Part shown: positions 1-9,219 of the stretch, piece by piece
How positions within the stretch are numbered: position 1 is the first letter of the stretch
Layout of the letters: each line of letters starts with the position of its first letter
IMG/VR virus record: IMGVR_UViG_3300024301_000012
Reading direction: 5' to 3' (one strand)
From: an uncultured virus (IMG/VR IMGVR_UViG_3300024301_000012)
Taxonomy: Duplodnaviria; Heunggongvirae; Uroviricota; Caudoviricetes
Length of the DNA stretch: 20,000 nt
The notes under the pieces: model-generated
Databases searched by the model: none
The model's input: only the letters and a program-made list of their open reading frames with translations
Told to the model about the DNA's origin: nothing
Made by a program: the position numbers and the translations under genes

Positions 1-1
1 A

Positions 2-3000
2 GTAAATCAATCTATCAAACAAGCGTCTGTTGATGGTACTCTATACGACAACGCTAGAGGAACTTTTAATGAGGGAGCTCCTGGTGCAGATAGATTGCAA
101 AATACTGTATCATTAATATCTTATAACAGAGATTCTTCACCAGCAGATAACTATTTCCAGATTGCAACATTCTCTAACGGAAAAATTACAAGAGCAGATA
201 TACAAACAGATCCTTTAGGCGGAATTAGAGAAATTCTGGCTAGAGAAACATTTGATAGACACGGTAATTATGTTTCAAAAGGATTGCAGGTTTATTTTAC
301 AGAGCATTTGCGATCTTATCGTGGAAAAAACAACGGAAGATTTACGCCAAATGGTATAGGTGATGCTACTAAACTTATTCTAGGTGTTACTGCTGGCTCA
401 GGAAATGTTGCTGGATATCCTGTAGAGTATTTGAAAGAAACTGAATTTTCTTTTCCTAAACCAAGTGCTACTCAAATAGAAAATACTGTTTCTCAATCTA
501 CTTCGTTTGGTAACTATGTAATTGTCAATGATTTATGTGGCGCATGGGACACGGATGGCGCAGATACAAGTGCTAATGGTATTGTAAACCTACACAGCGT
601 TGTATCTAATGGAGTTTCAGGCGGTGCGTATTCTAACACTTCTGTGCCAGGAAACATAGTAGGCACTGCAAAAATTAGATACATTGAATTATCGTCTGGT
701 ACACCTGGAACTGCAACCGCTGAATTCAAACTGTATTTGTTTGATATAAAAATGTTTGATGGAGAATTTGGTGCAGTAAGATCGATCTCTTATGAGAATG
801 CCGAAGCAAACGCCTTTGCAGACATCGTACTCAACTCAGCAGGCGATGCACAAGTATATGAAAAGAATTCAAATAAATTTCTTTGGAATTTACCATATAA
901 ACATTTAAAAACTTTACAAGCCTCTACTGCTGGAGTTTTTGATTATAATTTTAAATTTATTAAAGAATATGATAAAATTGCACCTTCTGACGGTAATATA
1001 AATCTTGCAGCAGAAGGAGATCATACTTTCTTTTTTGGTAATGGCCCAGTATCGAATTCCGATGTCGCTAGTCATATTAAATTAGTAGCAAGAGAATCTT
1101 TTGAACTAGACGGCACTGTGATTGAAAAAGGAGAATTTATTGATCTCACTGGTAAAGTAGTACAAGGCGAAATTAACTCTTTGACTATTAATTTAGGTAG
1201 TTTGAACGATATAGGAGGAGCTCCTTTTGCGGTTAGAGTCTATGTCAATATGCAAGTTTCTAACGATGGTCCTATCACTAAGAGCCTAGAGAAAACAAAA
1301 TATGTCAAAATAGAAGCAGATACAAATGAAAACTTTGCTAATAATAGATTCTGTCTCGGTGTGCCTGACGTATTCAGAGTAACAAGAATTACAGCCACAT
1401 CAAACGCAGATTATACTACTGGTGCTAGAAATGTCTCAACCTTGTTTAATGTAGACTCTGGTCAAAGGGATAATTTTTATGGATTATCTTATATCGAAAA
1501 GAAAACTAGCAGCGCAATAGACCTTACTGTTGAAAAATATCTTACAGTAGAATTTGATTACTTTGATAATGGCACAATTGACGGGCCAACTTTTGCTTGT
1601 ATAGATTCATATCCTGTCGATGATACTGGTTTAACTGGAATTAGAACAGAAGAAATTCCTATATATGTGTCTAAGTCATCTGGTAAAGTATTTGATTTAA
1701 GAAATGCTATTGATTTTAGACCTTTCATGGAGGCAACAGAAACGCCTGGCTCAACAGAGGCAACAGCTCCTGTCAATCCAAGTTCTTTTGAACAAATTAA
1801 ACGTCCCCCCGGAGGACTTACTAATCCTATTCCTTCGGCTACATTTACAACAGATTTAGAATTTTATTTAGCTGAAGCATATAGAGTAGTTATTACTCCT
1901 TCTGGTAAAATAGATATAGTTAAAGGTGTTGCTTCGGTTTCACCTAAACTTCCTCCTCCTCCTGAAGGATCGATGACTCTAGCCACTGGAGTATTGCCAC
2001 CGTATCCGTGTCTTTCGCAAAGAGCTGCAACAAATTATGGCCGAGAAGATTTGGCCATGACAATTGTTCCTGTAAAGAACAAAAAGTATACAATGAGGGA
2101 TATAGGTGCTCTTGAACAAAGAATATCAAATCTGGAATACTATACTACACTTACTTTGTTAGAAAAGGAAGCAGGAAAAGTAGTCATCCCTGACTCTGAC
2201 GGTATAGACAGATATAAAAACGGTTATCTTGTTGACTCTTTTTCGAACTTTAGTGTAGTTCAGGTTAATAATCCTGACAACACATCTTCTATTGATGTTA
2301 AGAAGAGGGAGCTTCGAGCGGCCTTTAAGACTTCTCAAATAGGATTCAAACCAATAGCAACTGGAACTACTGCTGGTCAGTCTGGTTATTTCTGGCATGT
2401 TCCTTACAATGAAGCAATTTATACACAGCAAACTCAAGCTAGTTCTTATCGTAATGTGGTGGGAGAATTGTTTATAACTCCGCCTCCTGCTACAGAACAA
2501 GAAGCAGAAGAAACTGCTACAAATAATGGTGGTACAGGACAAGATCAGACAGAGACAGAACCTTCAACTAATGATACTGAAGCAAGTCAGAGAGGTACAA
2601 CTCCAACTTCTCCTAGTTATCATCTTATCAGATCAAAAACAACAGTTAATGAAGGTGACACATTTACTATAACATTAGAAACAACAAATGTTCCAGAAGG
2701 TACAGTTCTACGTTATACAGTCTTTGGTGTAACTAGCGATGATTATAGTACTGTTCCTACGACAGCAGCAGATGGAACAGGAACTCTTACTGTAGATTCA
2801 ACTGGTTTTGCGTACTTAAGAGTTACTATCGCAGAAGATTTGACTACTGAAGGGACTGAAACATGGGGGATTACGCTGAGTGATATAGGAATAACAGCAA
2901 GCACTTCAGTGACAATCAATGACACTTCAGTTACACCTAGTGATAACAATAATAACAATAATAATAACAATAATAATAACAATAATAAAATCGCAACTGG

Positions 3001-6000
3001 TCCTTGGATAGGTAGCGCAGATGTACAGCCTCCTATTTCTAATTTCATAGATACTAATTACGAGGGAGAGCCTCTTCAAAATGACAATGGAGAATATGAC
3101 CATTTATTAAGAAGCAGCGGATTTAATAGTGAAGGATATTCATCTGGTTGGGAGTTGCAATGGGGTAACTGGGAATTTGCAACAGGTACGATTGGAGCTT
3201 TAGATCCAGGTGTAAACTTTGGAACTTCAGCAGATCCAGCCAATGCCATTGATCTCGGCGAAGACGGTTTATACATTCCAGAATACAATGCCACTTGGGT
3301 GAATCCAGAAGCTATAGATCCTAACTCAACTACTGTATGGGATTATCGGGAATATGATTATCTTTGGAATGGATCTAAAGAAGCACCTGTTTATGAAGAC
3401 ACGGCAGATCTTCGTGTTAAAACATTAGCAAGACAAGAAAATCTTCAGGTTCAATTTTGGGGGCTCAAGCCTGATACACCACACACCGTTTTTGTCAATG
3501 GTACACCATATGGATCTAATGGAGGAGCTCCTCGAGTGAGTTTTGCGAGCGGAAGATTTACTGTAGGTGTACTCTTGAATCCTGGACAATGGCCCGCTAA
3601 TGAATTGATTAGGATTGAAGCCGCAAATCATAATGATCCGTCTCAAGCAGATTCTCGTGCTGTTGGATATTTTTTACCTAATCACTCAGTAAGACGAGAC
3701 GTAATAACGAATTTGTCTACTAGATTTCCTAAACCGGCATACGATGTAGTATCACGACAAGTGAAAAGTAGTCGTCCCAGCTTAGAGAATGTAGTCGGAG
3801 TGAAAGGGCTTGACTTCGCAGGCTATAGACATGTTAAACTTACTAATGGTACAGAAGATCCTTGGGTATCAGTTAATCGTCTCGACGGTCAAGGCATGGT
3901 TCGTGCAAATAGGGTTCCAATTGAACAATTGGATCTTAATGATACTGTTCTCGGGGTTGAATGTGACCCTATATTCGGTGATAGTGGAGTATCTAGATCA
4001 GTTCTTCAAAGAGCCGATGGTACTAGATATGGAGTAGAAATAATAGATCCAGGGTGTGCTACATATAATGATTATATACAATCTCAGGCTACTCCTTCTA
4101 TTCCTGAACAAGGGAAAGTTTATACTGAAATAGATTCAGTAAATACTGGTACAGTACAAGTTGAAACTTCACAAATACTTATTCTTGACGACTCTGGCAC
4201 TGTAGATACTGAAACAGGAACAGTTCAAACTATTGACGCATCTCGTTATACTCACGGAGATGCTGATGAGTCTACTGCTGATATTAACACAAGTGCGACT
4301 TCCAGTAGTTTGGGTGAAAGTAATATAAAACTAGACTCTTCTCTTACAAATAAAGATTTAGAAAAAACGGAAGTCATTAATGCTTCTAACGCTCTTTCTG
4401 TGTCTGGTGTAGATGATATAGATTCAGCTAAATTAGCTGAAATTGTTGCTGCGCTAGACTTTGATTTTTCAACACCAGAATTATGTATAGGCGAAACGCA
4501 AGATCCGTTAGCACAGTCTTTCTTTGTTGAGGGAATGGAAGGAGGAATGTTCATTACTTCTGCTGATATATTCTTCAGAAATAAATCAGCAGAGGAAAAT
4601 AATAACGGCATTACTCTACAGATCAGAGAAATGATAAACGGTGTACCAGGACCATATATTATAGCTGAATCTCATAAAACAAGATCAGAGTGTTTGGTAT
4701 CTACTGAAGATGCTTCTGGTAATGTAACATTTAACTCTACTAACTTTAAATTTGATGGCCCTGTCCATCTTCAAAATAATACTGAATACTGTATGGTACT
4801 TAAGCCAGATGCAAATGATCGTGGCTATGAGGTTTGGTTAGGTAAACTAGGCGAGACTAGAAAAGGTTCAACTGAAGTTATAACAGAGCAAACACATTCA
4901 GGAATTCTATTTACATCTGCAAATAACAGAACTTGGTCTGCACATCAAGATGAAGATTTAATGTTTGTTGTAAGACGAGCTAAGTTTGAAGTTAATCAAG
5001 ATTATATTATAAACACAGTAAATAAAAATATTGATTGGATTAAATTCGATGCAGATGAGTGGGATCGAACTCCTAATGCAGCACTTGGATTTGACTCTGA
5101 TAACAATCCATTGACTCCTGCAAGTTATTTTCCCGCAGGCAATTTTGTACACGGATTTAAACTTACAATAACCAGCGCAGGCTCTTATGCTGAAGCCGAA
5201 GATGATGCTACTTATGATTTAGTGTTTAATGATACTGGAACTAACGGCTCTAATGCTGCAGGAACATATACTGTTTCTGGTGGGGTAGTCACTGAAGTTA
5301 CTTTGACTAATCCAGGATCAGGATATACTTCAGCTCCTACAGTGAGCCTACCTTCTGGTAATCCAACAACTGCTGCAAATGTGTCAGTAACTCTCAATCG
5401 TGCAAAAGTTTCACGGTATGATAGAGGAGTTTCCAGTTATGAATTAGAAGTAAATAGTGGAAGTTTTGTAGTTGGTGATCTTGTTGGTAACGGGTTGACA
5501 TCTACTAGGATTTCTGCTATCGAAGATAGAGACCTTAGTACCTATGTTGTTCAATATCACTCGATCAATCCTGACCAAATAGGAAAAATCACTCCAAAGA
5601 TTGCATTGACTACTTCTGGATCTGCTTCAGCAAACACTACACTGAGCGAGGCTGTTTTGCAAGCAACTGTAGAGCTTCCTGAACTCAAAACTGTGTACAG
5701 TTATTCAAATGAAATTGCTAGAGATGGAGAAAAGACTGCTAGAATACAATTTACTCTGAGAACTCCTTCTAACAATATCAGTCCAATTATAGATTTAGCG
5801 GCCATGGATATGTTAGCAGTAGCTAACAAAATAAACTATCCTAAAGATATTGACGGAAATTCTATAGTAGAAGAAGAAGTTCGCACTGGCGGCAATGCTC
5901 AATCTAAGTATATTACAAGAAAAGTTGTTCTTGCAGAAGGACAAGATGCAGAAGACTTGAAGATATTCTTAGATAATGCTATTCCTTCTAATGCAGCGGT

Positions 6001-6559
6001 TGAAGTTTATGCTAAACTACAAAATGCTGAAGACGATGGCGAATTTGCAAGTGATATCTATTGGAGAAAACTAGAAGTAGAAACATCTCCGTTTATTCCG
6101 ACCAGTGGTTTCGCAGAATATTCTTATAAGATTCCAGAAAAATCTACTGGCACATGGGGCGTTGATAGTGCAACTGGTATTTTCGAATATGATGTTACTA
6201 GAGTTGCCTCTATTCCAGTAGTTTCGGGTGGAACATATACCTCTGCTCCGATTATTAAGATAACTGATAATGCTGGTGTTGGATATGGAGCTTCTGCTAA
6301 AGCAATAATGAACGGTAATACAATCTCTGAGATTAGAATCACTAATCCTGGAAGATATTATTCTGCAGGCAATGTCAATGCAGAGATAGTATCAGGTACT
6401 GGTGGCGAAACAGTAGCAGGAACGCTAGGTACACCTACCACTTCAACTGTTACATATAAATCTTTCAAGCATTTTGCTATAAAGATAGTACATTTAAGTG
6501 ACAATAGAGCAATTATTCCTAAGACTAAGACGCTTAGAGCATACGCACTACAGGTATAA
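2..6559 (+). CDS. Giant virion structural protein, DUF4815/VrlC-like (T4-like phage baseplate/tail associated); 5'-truncated by the window edge
   Basis: The frame is open from position 2 (VNQSIKQASVDGTLYDNARGTFNEGAPGADRLQ...), so the TTG at 95 is not the true start. Recognisable family motifs: LYDNA..N..APGADRL, DLRNAIDFRP, KKYTMRDIGALEQRISNLEYYTTLTLLE, DRYKNGYLVDSF, DPLAQSFFV, SANNRTWSAHQDEDLMF, SKYITRKVVL, FKHFAIKIV...LRAYAL. Confidence 0.88.
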   Translation, partial: VNQSIKQASVDGTLYDNARGTFNEGAPGADRLQNTVSLISYNRDSSPADNYFQIATFSNGKITRADIQTDPLGGIREILARETFDRHGNYVSKGLQVYFTEHLRSYRGKNNGRFTPNGIGDATKLILGVTAGSGNVAGYPVEYLKETEFSFPKPSATQIENTVSQSTSFGNYVIVNDLCGAWDTDGADTSANGIVNLHSVVSNGVSGGAYSNTSVPGNIVGTAKIRYIELSSGTPGTATAEFKLYLFDIKMFDGEFGAVRSISYENAEANAFADIVLNSAGDAQVYEKNSNKFLWNLPYKHLKTLQASTAGVFDYNFKFIKEYDKIAPSDGNINLAAEGDHTFFFGNGPVSNSDVASHIKLVARESFELDGTVIEKGEFIDLTGKVVQGEINSLTINLGSLNDIGGAPFAVRVYVNMQVSNDGPITKSLEKTKYVKIEADTNENFANNRFCLGVPDVFRVTRITATSNADYTTGARNVSTLFNVDSGQRDNFYGLSYIEKKTSSAIDLTVEKYLTVEFDYFDNGTIDGPTFACIDSYPVDDTGLTGIRTEEIPIYVSKSSGKVFDLRNAIDFRPFMEATETPGSTEATAPVNPSSFEQIKRPPGGLTNPIPSATFTTDLEFYLAEAYRVVITPSGKIDIVKGVASVSPKLPPPPEGSMTLATGVLPPYPCLSQRAATNYGREDLAMTIVPVKNKKYTMRDIGALEQRISNLEYYTTLTLLEKEAGKVVIPDSDGIDRYKNGYLVDSFSNFSVVQVNNPDNTSSIDVKKRELRAAFKTSQIGFKPIATGTTAGQSGYFWHVPYNEAIYTQQTQASSYRNVVGELFITPPPATEQEAEETATNNGGTGQDQTETEPSTNDTEASQRGTTPTSPSYHLIRSKTTVNEGDTFTITLETTNVPEGTVLRYTVFGVTSDDYSTVPTTAADGTGTLTVDSTGFAYLRVTIAEDLTTEGTETWGITLSDIGITASTSVTINDTSVTPSDNNNNNNNNNNNNNNKIATGPWIGSADVQPPISNFIDTNYEGEPLQNDNGEYDHLLRSSGFNSEGYSSGWELQWGNWEFATGTIGALDPGVNFGTSADPANAIDLGEDGLYIPEYNATWVNPEAIDPNSTTVWDYREYDYLWNGSKEAPVYEDTADLRVKTLARQENLQVQFWGLKPDTPHTVFVNGTPYGSNGGAPRVSFASGRFTVGVLLNPGQWPANELIRIEAANHNDPSQADSRAVGYFLPNHSVRRDVITNLSTRFPKPAYDVVSRQVKSSRPSLENVVGVKGLDFAGYRHVKLTNGTEDPWVSVNRLDGQGMVRANRVPIEQLDLNDTVLGVECDPIFGDSGVSRSVLQRADGTRYGVEIIDPGCATYNDYIQSQATPSIPEQGKVYTEIDSVNTGTVQVETSQILILDDSGTVDTETGTVQTIDASRYTHGDADESTADINTSATSSSLGESNIKLDSSLTNKDLEKTEVINASNALSVSGVDDIDSAKLAEIVAALDFDFSTPELCIGETQDPLAQSFFVEGMEGGMFITSADIFFRNKSAEENNNGITLQIREMINGVPGPYIIAESHKTRSECLVSTEDASGNVTFNSTNFKFDGPVHLQNNTEYCMVLKPDANDRGYEVWLGKLGETRKGSTEVITEQTHSGILFTSANNRTWSAHQDEDLMFVVRRAKFEVNQDYIINTVNKNIDWIKFDADEWDRTPNAALGFDSDNNPLTPASYFPAGNFVHGFKLTITSAGSYAEAEDDATYDLVFNDTGTNGSNAAGTYTVSGGVVTEVTLTNPGSGYTSAPTVSLPSGNPTTAANVSVTLNRAKVSRYDRGVSSYELEVNSGSFVVGDLVGNGLTSTRISAIEDRDLSTYVVQYHSINPDQIGKITPKIALTTSGSASANTTLSEAVLQATVELPELKTVYSYSNEIARDGEKTARIQFTLRTPSNNISPIIDLAAMDMLAVANKINYPKDIDGNSIVEEEVRTGGNAQSKYITRKVVLAEGQDAEDLKIFLDNAIPSNAAVEVYAKLQNAEDDGEFASDIYWRKLEVETSPFIPTSGFAEYSYKIPEKSTGTWGVDSATGIFEYDVTRVASIPVVSGGTYTSAPIIKITDNAGVGYGASAKAIMNGNTISEIRITNPGRYYSAGNVNAEIVSGTGGETVAGTLGTPTTSTVTYKSFKHFAIKIVHLSDNRAIIPKTKTLRAYALQV
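2615..2932 (+). other. Calx-beta/Ig-like domain inserted within the giant structural protein
   Basis: YHLIRSKTTVNEGDTFTITLETTNV...VTIAEDLTTEGTETWGITL...SVTINDTS has the VNEG / D..TEG.E / VTI.D signature of Calx-beta-like repeats. It is flanked by low-complexity linkers. Confidence 0.65.
2945..2986 (+). repeat. In-frame (AAY)n trinucleotide repeat encoding a poly-Asn tract (about 14 N)
   Basis: aac aat aat aac aat aat aat aac aat aat aat aac aat aat, with a 12-bp higher-order period. Confidence 0.95.
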
Positions 6560-6807
6560 TGATGAGTATAAATAAGTTTGTACGTGTTGAAGACGATAAG
6601 ACGATTGCCCGAGATACTGAATCGAAGGCAATCGTCAATATAGACAGTGCTTCATTGGCAGAATATAAAAAAATAAAGCAAAAAAGAGTTAAAAAGAATC
6701 AGAAAATTCTTGAATGTGAGAATGATATAAATACATTAAAAGATGAAGTCACAGATATAAAAGACTCGTTGAGATTAATTTTAGACAAGCTGAATTCTCG
6801 GGATTAA
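6559..6807 (+). CDS. Small conserved phage protein with C-terminal coiled coil (typical neighbour of DUF4815 genes)
   Basis: 82 aa ORF coupled to the upstream stop (TAATG). Has an RD..SKAIVNID...EY motif followed by a heptad-like C-terminus. Confidence 0.8.
   Translation: MMSINKFVRVEDDKTIARDTESKAIVNIDSASLAEYKKIKQKRVKKNQKILECENDINTLKDEVTDIKDSLRLILDKLNSRD
6567..6574 (+). promoter_or_regulatory. T4-type late promoter motif TATAAATA
   Basis: Exact consensus match, inside the 5' end of the 6559 ORF; could be chance in AT-rich DNA. Confidence 0.35.
6726..6733 (+). promoter_or_regulatory. T4-type late promoter motif TATAAATA upstream of the 6812 gene
   Basis: Exact consensus about 80 nt upstream of the next structural gene. 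Confidence 0.5.
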
Positions 6808-6811
6808 CTAG

Positions 6812-7294
6812 ATGGCTACAATTACATTAAGAACAGTTAAAGGAAGTCCTCTAACTAATACCGAGGTCGATGATAACTTTACTAATCTAAATACTGATAA
6901 GTATGAGTCTGGTGACAGTGTTGATGTCCACGATCTTTCAGTCTCTGGCAATACTATTTTTAGTATTGCATCTTCAATAGAAGCAGCAGGAACGACACAA
7001 GAAACTGCCACTAGCTTAACAACTAGTTACAGTATAGTAACAACTGCAACAACAAATCAAGGAGTGGTGTTGTCACTAGCAGAGACAGGCAAGAATGTCA
7101 AAATAGTAAACGCTACATCAGTAACAATCAAAGTATATCCAGCATCATCAGAAGAAATAGATTCTTTAGGAGTAAATACCGCAAAATCCCTAGCACCTGG
7201 TGCTAGTCTAGATTTAGTATGTATATCAAACTCACTTTGGAAAACATTACTATCTGTTGTTGTGTTTGACTCTTCTGGAACTCAATTAAACTAG
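6812..7294 (+). CDS. Short tail-fibre-like/virion structural protein
   Basis: The N-terminus MATITLRTVKGSPLTNTEVDDNFTNLN is a common phage fibre attachment motif. The body is T/S-rich and beta-type, ending VFDSSGTQLN. Confidence 0.75.
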   Translation: MATITLRTVKGSPLTNTEVDDNFTNLNTDKYESGDSVDVHDLSVSGNTIFSIASSIEAAGTTQETATSLTTSYSIVTTATTNQGVVLSLAETGKNVKIVNATSVTIKVYPASSEEIDSLGVNTAKSLAPGASLDLVCISNSLWKTLLSVVVFDSSGTQLN

Positions 7295-7304
7295 GAACAA
7301 CGAG

Positions 7305-8672
7305 ATGAACCCAATACGAATTAAGGCATCAGCCACTCCAATTGGATCTGCAAACTTTCAAGGTTTGCAGGAAATGACAAATAACGAAATCAACCAATAT
7401 CTTTCTGCGGTAATTACTCAGAAGTTTGCTGATGATACAGATGGAACTGGAACTGCGGAAATTAATGTTGATACTACAAATTCTCTTTCTGGTACTTCTA
7501 TAGGATCATGGACGAATCAAATAAGAAATGATGCAATTGGAACTCATCCAACTGACGGATCTACTGTAAATACCACGTATTATTTCAAGCAAGTAACTTC
7601 TTCGGCTACTGAAAATATTACTACTAGACCTGTTGGATATGATGCTGGCATTAAAGAATTTTCAGATGCTGGTATCGATACTGACATACTTGATAATGTA
7701 ATTGAAGATATGGTAATTGGATCTGGTTATACTGTTGGACAGTATCACTTATCTGCATCGGCGCCTGCAGGCGGTACTTGGACTGCTAGATATACTATTA
7801 CTGATAGCACACAAGGAGGAAATAATACAGTTTATTTGTGGCAAAAAACCGCTCCTTCTTTATCCGGCAATGCAGACTTAGCATCACTCAAACTTGATGG
7901 CACAAACGTAAAGATGATGTCTGATGCAGAAATTGAACAACTTGTTCCTAATTTTAGAAACAGAATTATTTCTACTGGAATAGGTACGTATAAACTACAA
8001 ACTTCAATTCCTTCTAGCGCAGGAACTTGGGTTCAGGCGGGAGATGCTCTCGTTGATACCAGACAAGAAGTTGCGTCAGAAAATTATTCTGGAACATACA
8101 CTGGAAACTATACTGGAAACTATACTGGTAATTATAGTGGCAATTATAGTGGCACTTATTCTTCGTATTACACAGGTTCTTTTACTGGAAGTTATACTGG
8201 CTTTTATACTGGACCAGATACTTTTGTTAGTTCTTCGTCATCGTCCTTCTCTGGAACATATTCAGGAACATATGCAGGCTCTGGTTCTTATGCAGGAGCT
8301 TATTCCAATACTTTCGTCAACTGGAACCCGGTATATTATAGCGGATATGTAGCTGGATATTATGCAGGATTCTACACGGGATATTTTACAGGATTCTACA
8401 CAGGGACAGCTAACTATACTGGTTACTATACTGGTTCATATGATAGAACATACATAGGTTATTACGAAGGAACATCACAGTACGCAGGAACTTATACTGG
8501 ATATTACTCACGCAGTTTTTCTAGTAGCTTTGTTGGATCATACACTGGAGCATACACTGGAACATATTCTGGAACATATTCTGGAGACTATGCTGGTACA
8601 TATGCCGGAGATACTATTCAAGCAACTACTGAAAACACATCAACAGTAAGACTTTGGTTAAGAACTGCTTAA
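7305..8672 (+). CDS. Virion fibre/baseplate-like protein with three internal modules and a long (Y/F)-(T/S/A)-G-x repeat
   Basis: 455 aa ORF with AGGA SD. The GTW...VxLWxxTA modules recall gp10/gp12-type C-terminal domains. Tetrapeptide repeat spans 8085-8609. Confidence 0.75.
   Translation: MNPIRIKASATPIGSANFQGLQEMTNNEINQYLSAVITQKFADDTDGTGTAEINVDTTNSLSGTSIGSWTNQIRNDAIGTHPTDGSTVNTTYYFKQVTSSATENITTRPVGYDAGIKEFSDAGIDTDILDNVIEDMVIGSGYTVGQYHLSASAPAGGTWTARYTITDSTQGGNNTVYLWQKTAPSLSGNADLASLKLDGTNVKMMSDAEIEQLVPNFRNRIISTGIGTYKLQTSIPSSAGTWVQAGDALVDTRQEVASENYSGTYTGNYTGNYTGNYSGNYSGTYSSYYTGSFTGSYTGFYTGPDTFVSSSSSSFSGTYSGTYAGSGSYAGAYSNTFVNWNPVYYSGYVAGYYAGFYTGYFTGFYTGTANYTGYYTGSYDRTYIGYYEGTSQYAGTYTGYYSRSFSSSFVGSYTGAYTGTYSGTYSGDYAGTYAGDTIQATTENTSTVRLWLRTA
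8085..8609 (+). repeat. Degenerate 12-bp coding repeat: about 35-38 (Y/F)-(T/S/A)-G-x tetrapeptides
   Basis: YSGT YTGN YTGN YTGN YSGN YSGT ... YTGA YTGT YSGT YSGD YAGT YAG; about 40 Tyr in 175 aa by manual count. Confidence 0.95.
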
Positions 8673-8678
8673 ATTGAG

Positions 8679-8707
8679 TTGAAATTGATACTATATAGTT
8701 ATATAGT
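8679..8707 (+). promoter_or_regulatory. Possible sigma70-type promoter TTGAAA-N17-TATAGT
   Basis: -35 at 8679-8684 and -10 at 8702-8707, each 5/6 to consensus, in the intergenic gap. GGAG SD at 8720-8723 precedes ATG 8731. Confidence 0.45.
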
Positions 8708-8730
8708 TTTTTAAATAATGGAGTTAAGAT

Positions 8731-9219
8731 ATGTCAAATCTAGAAGTTGCAGTAGACACCTCTGTACAACAAGTGTCTACATCTATTCGCAAAAAGAAAT
8801 ATAAAAATCCTTACTGGTCAAATAAAGATAATCGTCATCTTATTGTTACTATAGAACATGAAGACGGAACTAATTCTATGGCTTCTATTATGGATCCTGA
8901 TAACACAAATAAGGACATGAAAGAAGTTTTAAATCAATTCACCGAAGAAGAGATTGATGCGAATACTAAAGAAGGCCTAGAACGCCGAAACCAGAACATA
9001 AAACTTGAAATGGAAAGAAGAGAATCTCAAGCAGCTCGGAATATGCAGGAAGCATTGTTTAACTGTAAACTTGAAGCATTTGAGGTTGAAGCTATCAAGA
9101 ACTCAAAAAATACAGAACTGAAGCGTATGATTCGTAAGTCTAAGTCAATCATGGAAGTTCAAGCATACGCTACTATTTTGTTAATGAAGGAACTTGAGAA
9201 TGGCAAAGAAGCAGACTAA
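8731..9219 (+). CDS. Hypothetical protein, possibly a fibre assembly chaperone
   Basis: 162 aa with GGAG SD. KNPYWSNKDNRHLIVTIEH resembles the NP.W.N N-terminus of tail-fibre assembly proteins. It has a helical charged C-terminus and lies directly behind a fibre-like gene. Confidence 0.6.
   Translation: MSNLEVAVDTSVQQVSTSIRKKKYKNPYWSNKDNRHLIVTIEHEDGTNSMASIMDPDNTNKDMKEVLNQFTEEEIDANTKEGLERRNQNIKLEMERRESQAARNMQEALFNCKLEAFEVEAIKNSKNTELKRMIRKSKSIMEVQAYATILLMKELENGKEAD

Noticed and set aside
95..97. TTG start of the 2154-aa ORF
   Set aside because: The frame is open to the window start and encodes the conserved APGADRL motif upstream of it.
514..6342. Many short minus-strand or alternative-frame ORFs within the giant gene, including the poly-Leu ORF 2743-3048
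   Set aside because: They are fully nested in a well-supported CDS and show no recognisable motifs. The poly-Leu is the reverse complement of the poly-Asn repeat.
8085..8609. CRISPR-like or non-coding repeat array
   Set aside because: The repeats are in-frame 12-mers varying at synonymous positions, with no spacers. The same applies to 15263-15391 and 16175-16297.
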